A stretch of 64,000 bases of DNA from an uncultured Candidatus Saccharibacteria bacterium (lineage in GTDB: Bacteria > Patescibacteriota > Saccharimonadia > Saccharimonadales > CAIOMD01). The position numbers and the translations under genes are program-made. The stretch spans positions 732 through 64,731 of the forward strand of contig CAYRPO010000001.1 in NCBI GenBank assembly GCA_964426305.1, in the 5' to 3' direction. Under the pieces are notes generated by a model that was given only the letters and a program-made list of their open reading frames with translations, had not been told where the DNA came from and did no database searches. Below are positions 44,033 to 54,471 of the stretch, piece by piece (position 1 is the stretch's first letter; every line of letters starts with the position of its first letter).

Positions 44033-45259
44033 ATGTCGCGTTTTTTTTCAGAACTGTTAGCAGCACCAGAGCCGCAGTTCTCCAAGAGTCTCCAATCTTT
44101 GGAAAAGAGCTGCGGGCGCCCCGGGGTGGATGTGCGTTTGCAGTCTGAAATTATTGGCGCACGTTTGGAGAAAATGCGAGATCTAGATCTTGATCCAAAT
44201 GACACTACTGGACCGGAGTTGTATGCAAGTCTTATTGGTAGGGCAAAGGAACATGATCAGGCGTTGCGAGATCGCCTGCGCATTGATTCTGCAACGTCTC
44301 AAAGCGATGTATTACGGATGGTTGCTGATTATATTGGTCATTCCCAGATACCAAAGAGTGTTTGGGTGATCCGAAAAAGTGTCGCCAAGGCGTTGCTAAA
44401 AGTCCGACCCCCCAAAAAAGTCATGCAAGCACTCGGCTATCGCAGTCTTGACTCCATGCTGAAAGCTGAGGATGTCGGCACATTATTTGTGCTTGTGCGT
44501 TGCCTAGAATCAAACACATGGCAAAAAGGCCTACTTGCTCGTTACAAGACTTTACGTCCGACTGACTTTGAGCAGCGCGATGTGCGCATCGTTGTACTAC
44601 CAGAGCACATTGTCGCAAAAAACCTCATCATACGAGCAAAAGAGGTTGGAACAATTGGGCTCGTAGTGCCACCGACACCTGTACACAGTGGTTTTACACT
44701 GGCAGTGGCATTGCTAGTGCTGCATTGTATTGCTGAATTGCGGATGCAGTCGTCATACAGCAAGCTGCGCCAGGTCCATGCGACATTTGGCAAACAATAT
44801 GCTGCACATGTGCAAGACGATCCTTTGCATGTTGCCGAGCTGGCCGGTATTCCGATTCATTGGCGAACCATCCAGCGTTTTTACAGTACAAAGCCGACAA
44901 GGCATCCTGATTTTTTTGCGCCTCATGTACAACCAGAAGATATCGCATGGCGTGAAGTTGAAGCCGTTGCCGCCGAATTATTGCCTGAGCTTATTTGGTG
45001 GCGTGGGTTGGCTCATATCGGCGCACACTACGATCGTCAAACGATTAGCTTCAATGTACTAGATGTCGCGACTGATGCATCTAGAAACGCGCCATATACG
45101 TATCGTACGCATATGTATTTTGAAGAGGCCCTAGCGAGCGAGATCATGCTTCGCTATGTTTCGGAGCAGTCATTACTTACGCAGCTCGAGCAACAATTCG
45201 AAACTGAGTTTGTGCCACCTACCAAACACCCTAGACGCAAGAAGGTCATGCCACTATGA
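44033..45259 (+). CDS. Hypothetical protein (408 aa), no recognisable domain
   Basis: It is a long ORF. ATG 44033 follows AAAAGGAAC. It is translationally coupled (ATGA) to the downstream LOG-like gene. Confidence 0.55.
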   Translation: MSRFFSELLAAPEPQFSKSLQSLEKSCGRPGVDVRLQSEIIGARLEKMRDLDLDPNDTTGPELYASLIGRAKEHDQALRDRLRIDSATSQSDVLRMVADYIGHSQIPKSVWVIRKSVAKALLKVRPPKKVMQALGYRSLDSMLKAEDVGTLFVLVRCLESNTWQKGLLARYKTLRPTDFEQRDVRIVVLPEHIVAKNLIIRAKEVGTIGLVVPPTPVHSGFTLAVALLVLHCIAELRMQSSYSKLRQVHATFGKQYAAHVQDDPLHVAELAGIPIHWRTIQRFYSTKPTRHPDFFAPHVQPEDIAWREVEAVAAELLPELIWWRGLAHIGAHYDRQTISFNVLDVATDASRNAPYTYRTHMYFEEALASEIMLRYVSEQSLLTQLEQQFETEFVPPTKHPRRKKVMPL

Positions 45260-45861
45260 ACTATGCAATCTGTGTTTCGGGTGCTGCGAGCGGTGAATCT
45301 GTTGAACAGTCACATGAGCTGGCAGCTCGTTTAGGGACTGCAATTGCAAAGGCTGGGCATATCATTACGACTGGCGCTACGGTTGGATTGCCATGTTATG
45401 CCGCTGCCGCTGCATACGAATCAGGTGGCAAGAGCATAGGTTTTTCGCCAGCTAGTAGTATACGTGAACACTTGCACAAATATCGATTGCCAATCGGCAT
45501 GTTTGACTTTGTCAACTTTACTGGCATGAACTATGTTGGGCGTGATGTGTATCTTGTGCAGTCGAGTGACGCCATTATAACTATCGGGGGTCGGTTTGGT
45601 AGTCTCCATGAGTTTACGACTGCGCTCGAAAGTCACATGCCTTGCGGCGTACTGCTTGGCAGTGGCGGTACTGCCGACCTTATCCCGGAGCTTATGCAAA
45701 AGCTCGAAAACTCTTTACATCATCTTGTTGTTTTTGATGACAACCCAGAACGGCTCGTGGGTAAAATTGTTGCTATGCTTGACGAAGATTACAGAGATAT
45801 CCGTAAAGAAGATCTCTTGAACCAGAATTACCTAAATTTGCGTGTTCAACGCCGAGGATAG
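45256..45861 (+). CDS. LOG/TIGR00725-like Rossmann-fold (SLOG superfamily) protein
   Basis: The pattern I.VSGAA......H..A..LG..IA.AGH.I.TGA..G....AA.A....GG..IG..P...........SDA.I.IGG.FG.L.E matches the remembered COG1611/TIGR00725 layout. Confidence 0.55.
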   Translation: MNYAICVSGAASGESVEQSHELAARLGTAIAKAGHIITTGATVGLPCYAAAAAYESGGKSIGFSPASSIREHLHKYRLPIGMFDFVNFTGMNYVGRDVYLVQSSDAIITIGGRFGSLHEFTTALESHMPCGVLLGSGGTADLIPELMQKLENSLHHLVVFDDNPERLVGKIVAMLDEDYRDIRKEDLLNQNYLNLRVQRRG

Positions 45862-45867
45862 AACGAC

Positions 45868-46566
45868 GTGGCACAAAAAAGTGCAAACAAACGGCACGTT
45901 CGCCTGAAGCCAGAACAAGTACTAATGGCGCATGAACATCCAGCTGTACGGGTGCCCAAAAAACCAAAACCGCGGCTCCGGCAGGTGTCAAAAAAAACGA
46001 CTCAACTACAAAAAAGCAGTGTTCGCGCAGCGCGCCGCCATGTCCCAAAAAATACCCTGGTCCTGTGTGTACTTTGTCTGGGTGTCGGTGTCTGGCTCCT
46101 TATGCTCGTTGCACAAATGCGCTTTAGCCAACAACAGCAAATGCTTGAGCGTGCCGGCGACTCCCTGACAGCTGTTGGACAGTCGTATCGCGAGCAAGCG
46201 GCGTTGCATGGCACCGACGCACAGTTGCTCGACGAAATCACATATGCCAGTAATGCCCCCAAAGAGCTGCAATCATTTGTGCTCGCAGATTACCGTAAGC
46301 TCAAGCAAAACTGCATGGTCAACGGCGAATATATCCATAAACCTACATATACTATCCAAAAGGTCGTCAAGGAAAAGTTCGCAATCGTTGCTCGCGATTG
46401 CGGAGGGCAGCAGACGGCGATTTTAGCCAAAAGCGAGCGAGGCTGGGCTGAAGTTTTTACAGGAAATACGAGTCCAAGTTGCTCGTTGGTCAATGATCTG
46501 AAAATCCCCAGAGGCATTGCCACATCCTGTGTGTATGAAGGCATAGAATACACAAATCCAAATTGA
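45868..46566 (+). CDS. Hypothetical membrane-anchored protein with a basic N-terminus and a Cys-containing extracytoplasmic domain
   Basis: GTG 45868 follows GAGGA. A Lys/Arg-rich N-terminus is followed by a single TM (LVLCVLCLGVGVWLLMLV) and a ~150-aa domain with 4 Cys. Confidence 0.5.
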   Translation: MAQKSANKRHVRLKPEQVLMAHEHPAVRVPKKPKPRLRQVSKKTTQLQKSSVRAARRHVPKNTLVLCVLCLGVGVWLLMLVAQMRFSQQQQMLERAGDSLTAVGQSYREQAALHGTDAQLLDEITYASNAPKELQSFVLADYRKLKQNCMVNGEYIHKPTYTIQKVVKEKFAIVARDCGGQQTAILAKSERGWAEVFTGNTSPSCSLVNDLKIPRGIATSCVYEGIEYTNPN

Positions 46567-46623
46567 TAGAGCGCAGCTACAGAGAAAGAGCCACTGAAAT
46601 GTGCGACATCGCGCTATACTAAA

Positions 46624-48615
46624 ATGATGCAAGACCGATTTGAGCTTACAACCTCCTACGATCCAACCGGAGACCAGCCTGCTGCTATTAGGGCTTTGGT
46701 GAACGGCTTACAAACCGGCCAAAATGAGCAAGTACTTTTGGGCGTAACTGGGTCGGGTAAGACCTTTACTATGGCGAATGTTGTACAGGCTGTGCAGCGG
46801 CCAACGCTTGTGTTGGCGCACAACAAGACGCTCGCTGCTCAGTTATATAACGAATTCAAGGCATACTTTCCAAACAATGCCGTACATTATTTCGTAAGCT
46901 ACTTTGACTACTATCAACCAGAGGCGTATATCGCCCGAAGCGATACATATATAGAAAAAGACAGTCAGATTAACGAAGAGATTGATCGTTTGCGCCATGC
47001 CGCGACAAGCGCTCTGCTGAGTAGGCGTGATGTCTTGATTGTTGCGAGTGTGAGTTGTATCTACGGTATTGGATCAGTCGATGACTATGGCGCTATGGCG
47101 ATTCGCATTAAGCGGGGCGAACGCAAAGTGCGTGACAAATTTTTACGACAACTGACAGACATTCAGTACCATCGGAATGACATTGCCTTTACCCGGAGCA
47201 CATTTCGTGTACGTGGCGATGTCGTAGATGTGTTTCCCGCCGGTGAAGAGGCCGCATATCGGGTGGAGTTTTTTGGCGATGAGATTGAGCGTATCGTACG
47301 AATTAATCCTCTGACGGGTGAGATCGAAGCAACACTCGATGCATATACCATATATCCAGGATCGCATTATGTAACGCCGCAAGAAAAACTCAAAGAGGCA
47401 TTAGGGTATATTCAGAACGAGCTAGATGAACGCCTGCAGTTTTTTACTGCACACAATCAATTGCTTGAGGCACAGCGTCTTGGCCAGCGGACAAAGTTTG
47501 ATTTGGAGATGCTGCAACAAACTGGGTTCGTGAAGGGTATCGAGAACTACAGCCGGTACCTAACAAACCGTGAAGCTGGTGAGCAACCTGCCACGCTGCT
47601 GGATTATTTTCCGGACGACTATCTATTGCTTGTCGACGAAAGTCATATGACACTGCCGCAGGTGCGAGGCATGTACAACGGTGACCGTGCCAGGAAAGAA
47701 GTGTTAGTTGAACATGGCTTCCGGTTGCCTAGCGCGCTAGATAATCGTCCATTGACATTTAGTGAATTCGAACGGCATATTCACCAGGTCATATATGTTT
47801 CGGCAACACCGGCAGACTATGAGCTGTCGCGCGCATCGCAGCCGGTCGAACAGGTGATCCGGCCAACCGGATTGCTTGATCCGATTATTCATGTTCGGCC
47901 GATTGATGGTCAGATTGACGATCTAATTGCAGAGATACGTAGTCGCGTTGCAAAGCGCCAACGTATACTGGTCACGACTCTTACGAAGCGTATGGCCGAA
48001 GATCTGACAGAGTACATGGAGGAATTGGGCATTAAGGTGCAGTACTTGCATAGTGATGTCGATACGCTTGATCGCACCGATATTTTGCGGGATCTGCGTC
48101 TTGGTATATATGATGTATTGGTGGGCATTAATTTGTTGCGTGAGGGACTTGATTTACCCGAAGTGAGTCTGGTGGCGATTCTGGATGCTGACAAGGAAGG
48201 ATTCTTGCGCAGCGGTCCTGCACTTATTCAGACTATCGGCCGCGCCGCGCGTCATGTTGAGGGCACGGTCATCATGTATGGCGACCACGTAACGCGTAGT
48301 ATGCAGTATGCGATCGACGAAACAAATCGTCGTCGTGCAATCCAAGAGGCATACAATACAAAACATGGTATTACTCCAACTGGCATTAACAAAGCGATTG
48401 GAGATAGCCTGCGATCGGAGGTTGGAGCCGAAAGCAAAGAAGCAAAAACTGCCAAACTAAATCTCGACAAGATCCCCAAAGACGAATATGCTAGCTTAGT
48501 AAAAGATCTTTCATTGCAAATGGATCTGGCGGCTCAGAATCTTGAGTTTGAAAAGGCGGCTGATTTGAGAGATCTCATAGCACAAATTAAAGGAAAGATG
48601 GAAAAACCCGCATGA
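46624..48615 (+). CDS. uvrB: Excinuclease ABC subunit B
   Basis: [10 protein letters not shown] (Walker A), [18 protein letters not shown], helicase motifs and a C-terminal UVR domain (FEKAADLRD) are present. Confidence 0.95.
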   Translation: MMQDRFELTTSYDPTGDQPAAIRALVNGLQTGQNEQVLLGVTGSGKTFTMANVVQAVQRPTLVLAHNKTLAAQLYNEFKAYFPNNAVHYFVSYFDYYQPEAYIARSDTYIEKDSQINEEIDRLRHAATSALLSRRDVLIVASVSCIYGIGSVDDYGAMAIRIKRGERKVRDKFLRQLTDIQYHRNDIAFTRSTFRVRGDVVDVFPAGEEAAYRVEFFGDEIERIVRINPLTGEIEATLDAYTIYPGSHYVTPQEKLKEALGYIQNELDERLQFFTAHNQLLEAQRLGQRTKFDLEMLQQTGFVKGIENYSRYLTNREAGEQPATLLDYFPDDYLLLVDESHMTLPQVRGMYNGDRARKEVLVEHGFRLPSALDNRPLTFSEFERHIHQVIYVSATPADYELSRASQPVEQVIRPTGLLDPIIHVRPIDGQIDDLIAEIRSRVAKRQRILVTTLTKRMAEDLTEYMEELGIKVQYLHSDVDTLDRTDILRDLRLGIYDVLVGINLLREGLDLPEVSLVAILDADKEGFLRSGPALIQTIGRAARHVEGTVIMYGDHVTRSMQYAIDETNRRRAIQEAYNTKHGITPTGINKAIGDSLRSEVGAESKEAKTAKLNLDKIPKDEYASLVKDLSLQMDLAAQNLEFEKAADLRDLIAQIKGKMEKPA

Positions 48616-49895
48616 CACCCAAAGCATTTTTAAAATTGATTGGCATATCGGTCGTCATTGCCTTGCCGGTATCGCTTGCTGCGATTGCATTTTCACATGG
48701 CACTCATGATCTGCAGAAGATCCTATGGGAGCATGTGCCAGACAAATTGGGTTACGAATCCGCCCCTTGGTGGCTCGTAGTGGGCCTAATCTTGTTTGGT
48801 ACAGCCTGTGTAGCACTTGCGCTCAAATGGCATGGCAAGGGCGGTGCGGAACCTTTGCATCATGAAGCGGCACATACATTTACGGTGTCCGATCTGCCAA
48901 GTGTTATTGTTGCCGCCGTCGGCTCGTTGGCATTTGGCGCGGTCTTGGGTCCAGAACTGCCGCTTTTAGCGATTGGTGGCGCAATTGCCTTGTATATTGC
49001 AAAGGCTACACAAGCAGATGTGCAGACGCAAAAGCTTATGGTAGGGGCTGGACAGTTTACGGCCTTTAGTGCAATGCTGGCAAACCCGTTTTTGGCGGCA
49101 ATTTTTCTGATCGAAAGTATGGTCGCGAAAGGACTGGGCGCTGCGGTGACTGCCGTGGTAACGGTTGGTCTTTTGTCGAGCGGCGTGGGTTACGTACTGT
49201 ATAGTGGTTTTGCAAATTGGACTGGGCTGTCCGGCTTGGCACTTGCATTGCCTGATTTGCCGGCTTATAAAACACTGCAGCCGATCGATATTGCGCTTGG
49301 TATGGGTGTCGCCTTGGTTGCTGCAGTCGTATGCGCAGCGTCGTTGACACTATCGCGAAAAATCTATCACAGCAAAACGCTGAAGGCACTTGGTGCAACA
49401 AAAACATTGTTTATCGGTGCCCTTGTTCTGATCGCATTGGGGCTTTTTGCTCAAGTACTCACCCCTAATGGCGTTAATTTAGTGCTCTTTTCGGGACAGC
49501 TTGCTATCGCACCGATCGTATACGGCGGGCTTGGTGTGGGCGTGCTAATGACAATTGTGTTCATGAAGTCAATCGGGTATGCCGTGAGTGCATCAACTGG
49601 CTTTCGAGGTGGACTTATCTTTCCAAGTATTTTTTTGGGCATAACAATCGCAGTCATCTCGAGTACAGCATTTGATTCGAGTCTAACGCCGCTCCTAGCG
49701 GCGGGGATCAGTGCGGCAGTTGCTGCGTCTTTGCGCCAACCATTGTCCGCAGTGGCCTTTGGCGTCTTGCTGGTTGGCACATCAAATGCAAGTGTCCTGC
49801 CTATCGCGTCATTTGCTATGATCATCGGTCTCATTGTGGGCACGGTCTTTGAGAAAAAAGCTACACCTACACAAACACAAGAAAGCTTAGAATGA
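48612..49895 (+). CDS. ClC-family voltage-gated chloride channel/antiporter protein
   Basis: The ORF is 427 aa and polytopic. LGPELPL and GGLIFPS resemble the ClC selectivity-filter segments (GxEGP and GxFxP variants). There is an ATGA overlap with uvrB. Confidence 0.7.
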   Translation: MTPKAFLKLIGISVVIALPVSLAAIAFSHGTHDLQKILWEHVPDKLGYESAPWWLVVGLILFGTACVALALKWHGKGGAEPLHHEAAHTFTVSDLPSVIVAAVGSLAFGAVLGPELPLLAIGGAIALYIAKATQADVQTQKLMVGAGQFTAFSAMLANPFLAAIFLIESMVAKGLGAAVTAVVTVGLLSSGVGYVLYSGFANWTGLSGLALALPDLPAYKTLQPIDIALGMGVALVAAVVCAASLTLSRKIYHSKTLKALGATKTLFIGALVLIALGLFAQVLTPNGVNLVLFSGQLAIAPIVYGGLGVGVLMTIVFMKSIGYAVSASTGFRGGLIFPSIFLGITIAVISSTAFDSSLTPLLAAGISAAVAASLRQPLSAVAFGVLLVGTSNASVLPIASFAMIIGLIVGTVFEKKATPTQTQESLE

Positions 49896-49937
49896 GACTG
49901 GGCAATACTATAAATAACAGGATATACTAGGAGGCAT

Positions 49938-50231
49938 ATGACAAATATCTCTGCTGATGATGTACGAAAACTGGCACGCTTAAGTCGCCTACGCCTAGAA
50001 GATTCAGAAGTCTCGGCGTACCAAAAAGAGCTTGAGGCTATTCTGGGGTATGTTGAGAAATTACAGCGTGTTAAACTTGCGGGCTATGAGCCGACAAATC
50101 AGGTCACTGGGCTTACGAATGTGGCGCGGCCAGATGAGGTTGTTGACTATGGGGTTACACCACAACAACTTATGCGAGTAGCTCCAAATACACAGGACAA
50201 CCAATTTAAAGTAGAACGGATGATTGTCTGA
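49938..50231 (+). CDS. gatC: Asp/Glu-tRNA amidotransferase subunit C
   Basis: The ORF is 97 aa. DVRKLARLSRLRL.D.E........L..IL.YVE.L matches the GatC pattern. Confidence 0.9.
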   Translation: MTNISADDVRKLARLSRLRLEDSEVSAYQKELEAILGYVEKLQRVKLAGYEPTNQVTGLTNVARPDEVVDYGVTPQQLMRVAPNTQDNQFKVERMIV

Positions 50232-51651
50232 TATGAAATGGGATCCAATTGCTGACCTTGCTGCTAGTGTCAATGCCGGCAAGACTACCGCAAGCACTCT
50301 GGTGCGCAAAGCGCTTGCAGCTGCCAAGCAGCAGGAAGCGTATCATGCACTATTAGCGATTACCGAGGATAGAGCGCTTGCGCGTGCTACTGAAATCGAC
50401 AACCGGATTGCTGCCGGAGAAAAAGTTGGGCGCTTGGCAGGAGTACCATTTATAGCGAAAGATAACTTTCTCACATTTGGTGCGCCAACCACTGCCGGTG
50501 CACATATACTTGCATCGTTCGAGGCCCCATTTCAGGCAACTGCGATCAACAAACTCGAGGCAGAAGGCGCAATCTGTATAGCAAAGGCAAATCTTGATGC
50601 ATTTGCCCATGGGTCATCAACCGAAAACAGTGCTTTTGGTCCAACAAAAAATCCACATGATCCTACTCGTGTGCCTGGTGGTAGTAGTGGTGGCTCTGGG
50701 GCGGCTGTAGCATTAGACATCGCCCCGTTCGCACTTGGTACAGACACGGGCGGTTCCATTCGTCTGCCTGCTGCATTTTGTGGGGTTGTTGGGCTAAAGC
50801 CAACATATGGTCTCGTATCACGCTATGGAGTAGTGGCCATGGCCAGTAGCACTGACGTGATTGGTCCACTGACTCGTCGTGCCGAAGATGCCGCGCTAGT
50901 CCTCGAAGTCATGAGTGGACAAGATGCTTTTGACGGCACGACAATTGCCCGCGATAATACGCCATATACAAAGCTTGAACCGAGCCTAAAGGGCAAAAAG
51001 ATTGGTGTCATCAAAGAGTATTTTGGCCCAGGCCTTGATGAAGGAGTACGCAAAAGCATTGAAACGTCCAAGCAGAAGCTGCAAGCTGCTGGCGCCGAAC
51101 TAATCGATGTTAGTTTACCGGCGCTTGAACTGGCGCTGGCGTGCTACTACATCATTGTTCCAGCTGAGGTGAGCAGTAATTTAAGTCGTTATGACGGCCA
51201 GCGCTATGGTCTGACTGCTCCCGATGCGACTGACCTACATAGCTCATATGAATTGACCCGTGAACGAGGCTTCATGCCTGAAAATAAGCGTCGAATTATG
51301 ATTGGCACATATGTATTGTCTAGCGGCTACTATGATGCATATTATCGCAAGGCGCAGACTGTGCGCACGAAGCTCATAGATGAATTTGGAGCCGTCTTTA
51401 AGAATGTTGACTTTGTGCTAGGCCCAACTGCTCCGATGACAGCATTCAAGTTGGGTGAAAACAGTGAAGATCCTTTGGCGATGTATCTGGCGGACATTAT
51501 GACGGTTGCCGTCAATCTGGTTGGAGTGCCGGCGATTAGTGTTCCGTCAGTGCCTGTCAATGGTATGCCGGTAGGGTTGCAGTTTATTGCGCCACAAGGC
51601 AAAGACCGTGCGCTTTTATCGTTGGCGAAAGCTTTTGAGGATTTGGCATGA
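50224..51651 (+). CDS. gatA: Asp/Glu-tRNA amidotransferase subunit A
   Basis: The amidase signature GGSSGGSGAAVA...GTDTGGSIRLPAAFCG is present. Length is 475 aa. Confidence 0.95.
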   Translation: MSDMKWDPIADLAASVNAGKTTASTLVRKALAAAKQQEAYHALLAITEDRALARATEIDNRIAAGEKVGRLAGVPFIAKDNFLTFGAPTTAGAHILASFEAPFQATAINKLEAEGAICIAKANLDAFAHGSSTENSAFGPTKNPHDPTRVPGGSSGGSGAAVALDIAPFALGTDTGGSIRLPAAFCGVVGLKPTYGLVSRYGVVAMASSTDVIGPLTRRAEDAALVLEVMSGQDAFDGTTIARDNTPYTKLEPSLKGKKIGVIKEYFGPGLDEGVRKSIETSKQKLQAAGAELIDVSLPALELALACYYIIVPAEVSSNLSRYDGQRYGLTAPDATDLHSSYELTRERGFMPENKRRIMIGTYVLSSGYYDAYYRKAQTVRTKLIDEFGAVFKNVDFVLGPTAPMTAFKLGENSEDPLAMYLADIMTVAVNLVGVPAISVPSVPVNGMPVGLQFIAPQGKDRALLSLAKAFEDLA

Positions 51652-52055
51652 CACTACCAGTTATCATTGCGATCATCGTTGCGGCAGTTGCAATTTTGGT
51701 ATTGCTGAGTCTAACAAGCAAGACAAATGCACGGGGTATTGATCGAACGCATTTTGCTAATGAATGGAATGATATTTTAGCAGAGAGTAAAGACAGTAAG
51801 ACGCGCCCTATGAGTATCGTCCATGCTGACAAGCTCCTAGATGAAGCACTCCGTTGTCTTGGGTGTGATGGTACAACATTTGCTGAAAGACTTGTCTGCG
51901 TAAAAAGTAAGTTAACGCAAAAAGATACTGTTTGGTCGGCGCACAAACTCCGCAACAAGATTGTTCATGAAACACAGTTTGACCCAACGCCTGCCGATGT
52001 TAACCGTGCGCTCAAGGGCTATCAGCGCGCTTTTAAAGATCTAGGAGTCCTGTGA
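51648..52055 (+). CDS. Membrane-anchored small protein with a possible HEPN/DUF4145-like R-x4-H motif, inserted between gatA and gatB
   Basis: The ORF is 135 aa. An N-terminal TM (LPVIIAIIVAAVAILVLLSL) is followed by a helical domain containing ADKLLDEAL...FAERL...AHKLRNKIVHE. There are ATGA overlaps at both ends (51648..51651 and 52052..52055). Confidence 0.5.
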   Translation: MTLPVIIAIIVAAVAILVLLSLTSKTNARGIDRTHFANEWNDILAESKDSKTRPMSIVHADKLLDEALRCLGCDGTTFAERLVCVKSKLTQKDTVWSAHKLRNKIVHETQFDPTPADVNRALKGYQRAFKDLGVL

Positions 52056-53509
52056 TGGAAAAGTATAAAATCAAAGGGTACTATCCAACCGTTGGCATTG
52101 AATGCCATGTGCAGCTAAAGACAAAAACAAAGTTATTTGCCGGTGTAGGGAACGACGCAAGGGATGCGGCCCCAAATACACTTATCTCGCCTCTGTGCGT
52201 TGGCTTGCCGGGGACATTACCCGTACTCAACGCCGAGGCTGTGACACTGGCGATTCGGGCAGGTCTGGCACTACGAGCTCATATTGCAGATGTGAGTCAC
52301 TTTGATCGCAAGCACTATTTTTATCCAGATCTACCACTCGGGTATCAGATTACGCAATATGAACGGCCGGTTGTGTATGACGGGATTGTCGAAGCGCCGC
52401 TCGAAAGTGGCGAATATATTACGGTTCGCGTCAATCGTGCACACCTGGAAGCCGATGCCGGCAAAAGCACGCATCCGGCTGGGGCGTCGTACTCGCTGGT
52501 TGACCTGAATCGTGCTGGGACTCCGTTGCTCGAAATTGTATCTGAGGCTGATATGCATAGCGCCGCCGAAGCTCGCGCCTATGCGCACGAGCTATGGCTA
52601 CTCATGAAATATGCAGACGTGTCCGATGTAGACTTGTATCACGGCAATATGCGATTTGACGTCAATGTCAGTGTCAGTAAAGACCCTGAGCAGTTGGGTA
52701 CGCGAAGCGAGACAAAAAACCTCAATAGTTTCCGAAGCGTCGAAAAAGCAGTTGAATTCGAAATCGGCCGACAAATTGAGCGACTCGAAAAAGGCCAAAA
52801 TATTATTCAGGAAACTCGTGGATGGGACGATGCGAAGCAAAAAACTTTTAGCCAGCGCAGTAAAGAAGACGCTCACGATTATCGATATTTCCCGGATCCT
52901 GATATTCCCCCCGTGCATATAACCGCAAGTAGCGTTGCGGCAGCCGCTGAAACGATGCCACTCTTGCCAAGTATATTGCGTGAAAAATTTGGCGAGCTCG
53001 GACTGGATTTTGCGCAGAGTCAGACATTGCTTGACGAACCGATGATGGCCAATATTGTACGTTTTGCAATCGAAGCACATGACCACAAGACCGCACGGAC
53101 TATTGCAAATTGGATCCTAGGTGAGTTGCTGCGCCTCGTAGACACGGGTGTAGTGACATGGACGCAGATTGCCGATGCGTTTGAACAACTTGTTACGCTT
53201 GCCAGCATGGTTGACTCCGCCGTACTCAGTTCTACCGCCGCTAAGGAGCTCTTGAAAGAGGTCGTCTCGACCAATACCGATCCAAAGCAGCTCGCAACGG
53301 ATAGAAACTTAATGCAGGTGTCAGACACTAACGAACTGGTACTGGTTGTCAAGCAAGTACTAGCAGAAAACCAAAAAGCTGCCGATGACGTGCGGGCTGG
53401 TGAGACAAAGGCGATTGGGTTTTTGGTTGGTCAGGTTATGAAAGCAAGTGCAGGTCGTGCGAACCCTGGCATAGTGCAGGGAATTATTAAGCAGGAGTTG
53501 GGGGTATAG
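52052..53509 (+). CDS. gatB: Asp/Glu-tRNA amidotransferase subunit B
   Basis: IGIECHVQL.TKTKLF, DRKHYFYPDLP.GYQITQ and a C-terminal YqeY-like domain are present. Length is 485 aa. Confidence 0.95.
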   Translation: MMEKYKIKGYYPTVGIECHVQLKTKTKLFAGVGNDARDAAPNTLISPLCVGLPGTLPVLNAEAVTLAIRAGLALRAHIADVSHFDRKHYFYPDLPLGYQITQYERPVVYDGIVEAPLESGEYITVRVNRAHLEADAGKSTHPAGASYSLVDLNRAGTPLLEIVSEADMHSAAEARAYAHELWLLMKYADVSDVDLYHGNMRFDVNVSVSKDPEQLGTRSETKNLNSFRSVEKAVEFEIGRQIERLEKGQNIIQETRGWDDAKQKTFSQRSKEDAHDYRYFPDPDIPPVHITASSVAAAAETMPLLPSILREKFGELGLDFAQSQTLLDEPMMANIVRFAIEAHDHKTARTIANWILGELLRLVDTGVVTWTQIADAFEQLVTLASMVDSAVLSSTAAKELLKEVVSTNTDPKQLATDRNLMQVSDTNELVLVVKQVLAENQKAADDVRAGETKAIGFLVGQVMKASAGRANPGIVQGIIKQELGV

Positions 53510-53513
53510 TCCT

Positions 53514-54398
53514 ATGCAGTACCGACCTCCCACAAAAGCGATAATCTGTGCCGCTGGACTAGGTACGCGATTTTTGCCACAAACCAAAGCGATGCCCAAG
53601 GAAATGCTGCCAATCATCGACAAACCCGTGATTCAGCTCATTGTTGAAGAGGTGGTTGCTGCAGGCGTGACCGACGTCATCATTGTTACGGGCAGCACAA
53701 AACGTGCCATCGAGGATCATTTTGATCGTTCCGAGGAGCTTATCAAGGAGCTCCGAGAAAAAGGAAAAGACGCCAAAGCAGACGAAATCGAAAAGATAGC
53801 GAATCTTGCTAATTTTGTGTATGTCCGACAAAAAGGCACACCAAAAGGCAATGCCCGACCCGTGCTCAATGCGCAGCATTTGATCGATGATGACGAATCG
53901 TTTTTTGTTTTTTCGGCCGATGATTTCTTTGGAGGAGATGTGCCACGCGCTGTTCAGATGAAGCAAGCATTTCTCAAAAATGGCGGCAAGACGGTCATCT
54001 GTCTTTCTAAGATTGACCCAACAGACGCTAACAAGTATGGGGTCGTACGGGTCAAAGAAGATATTGGCGGCGGTACATTACGCTTGGGTGGTGTCGTCGA
54101 AAAGCCAGGTGCCGACAAGATGCCTAGTGAATATGCCTCGATGATGGGCTATCTACTGACGCCCAATATCTTGCCAATCATTGCACAGGAAAAACTTGGC
54201 AATTCAGGAGAAATAGTATTAGTCGATAGTATTAATGAATTGGCACAAACAGATGAGGTATACGGTCAGGTTATTGCCGGTGAATATCATGATACCGGCG
54301 ATCCGCTCAAATACATTCAGACACTTGTGCATACGGCGCTCGAATCGCCGGTGTATGGTGAGGCTTTTCGCACGTACTTGAAAGATACTGTACTATAG
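53514..54398 (+). CDS. galU: UTP--glucose-1-phosphate uridylyltransferase
   Basis: KAIICAAGLGTRFLPQTKAMPKEMLPIIDKPVIQ and VRQK.P.G..... motifs are present. Confidence 0.9.
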   Translation: MQYRPPTKAIICAAGLGTRFLPQTKAMPKEMLPIIDKPVIQLIVEEVVAAGVTDVIIVTGSTKRAIEDHFDRSEELIKELREKGKDAKADEIEKIANLANFVYVRQKGTPKGNARPVLNAQHLIDDDESFFVFSADDFFGGDVPRAVQMKQAFLKNGGKTVICLSKIDPTDANKYGVVRVKEDIGGGTLRLGGVVEKPGADKMPSEYASMMGYLLTPNILPIIAQEKLGNSGEIVLVDSINELAQTDEVYGQVIAGEYHDTGDPLKYIQTLVHTALESPVYGEAFRTYLKDTVL

Positions 54399-54471
54399 GT
54401 TTTGCGCGCCCAATCGACCTCTGTAAATAGTATAGTAGACAATTTACAAAAGTTGTGGTATAATACCCTAC

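Noticed and set aside
48560-48615. A fluoride riboswitch or other leader upstream of the ClC gene
   Set aside because: The ClC start overlaps the uvrB stop (ATGA), so there is no untranslated leader.
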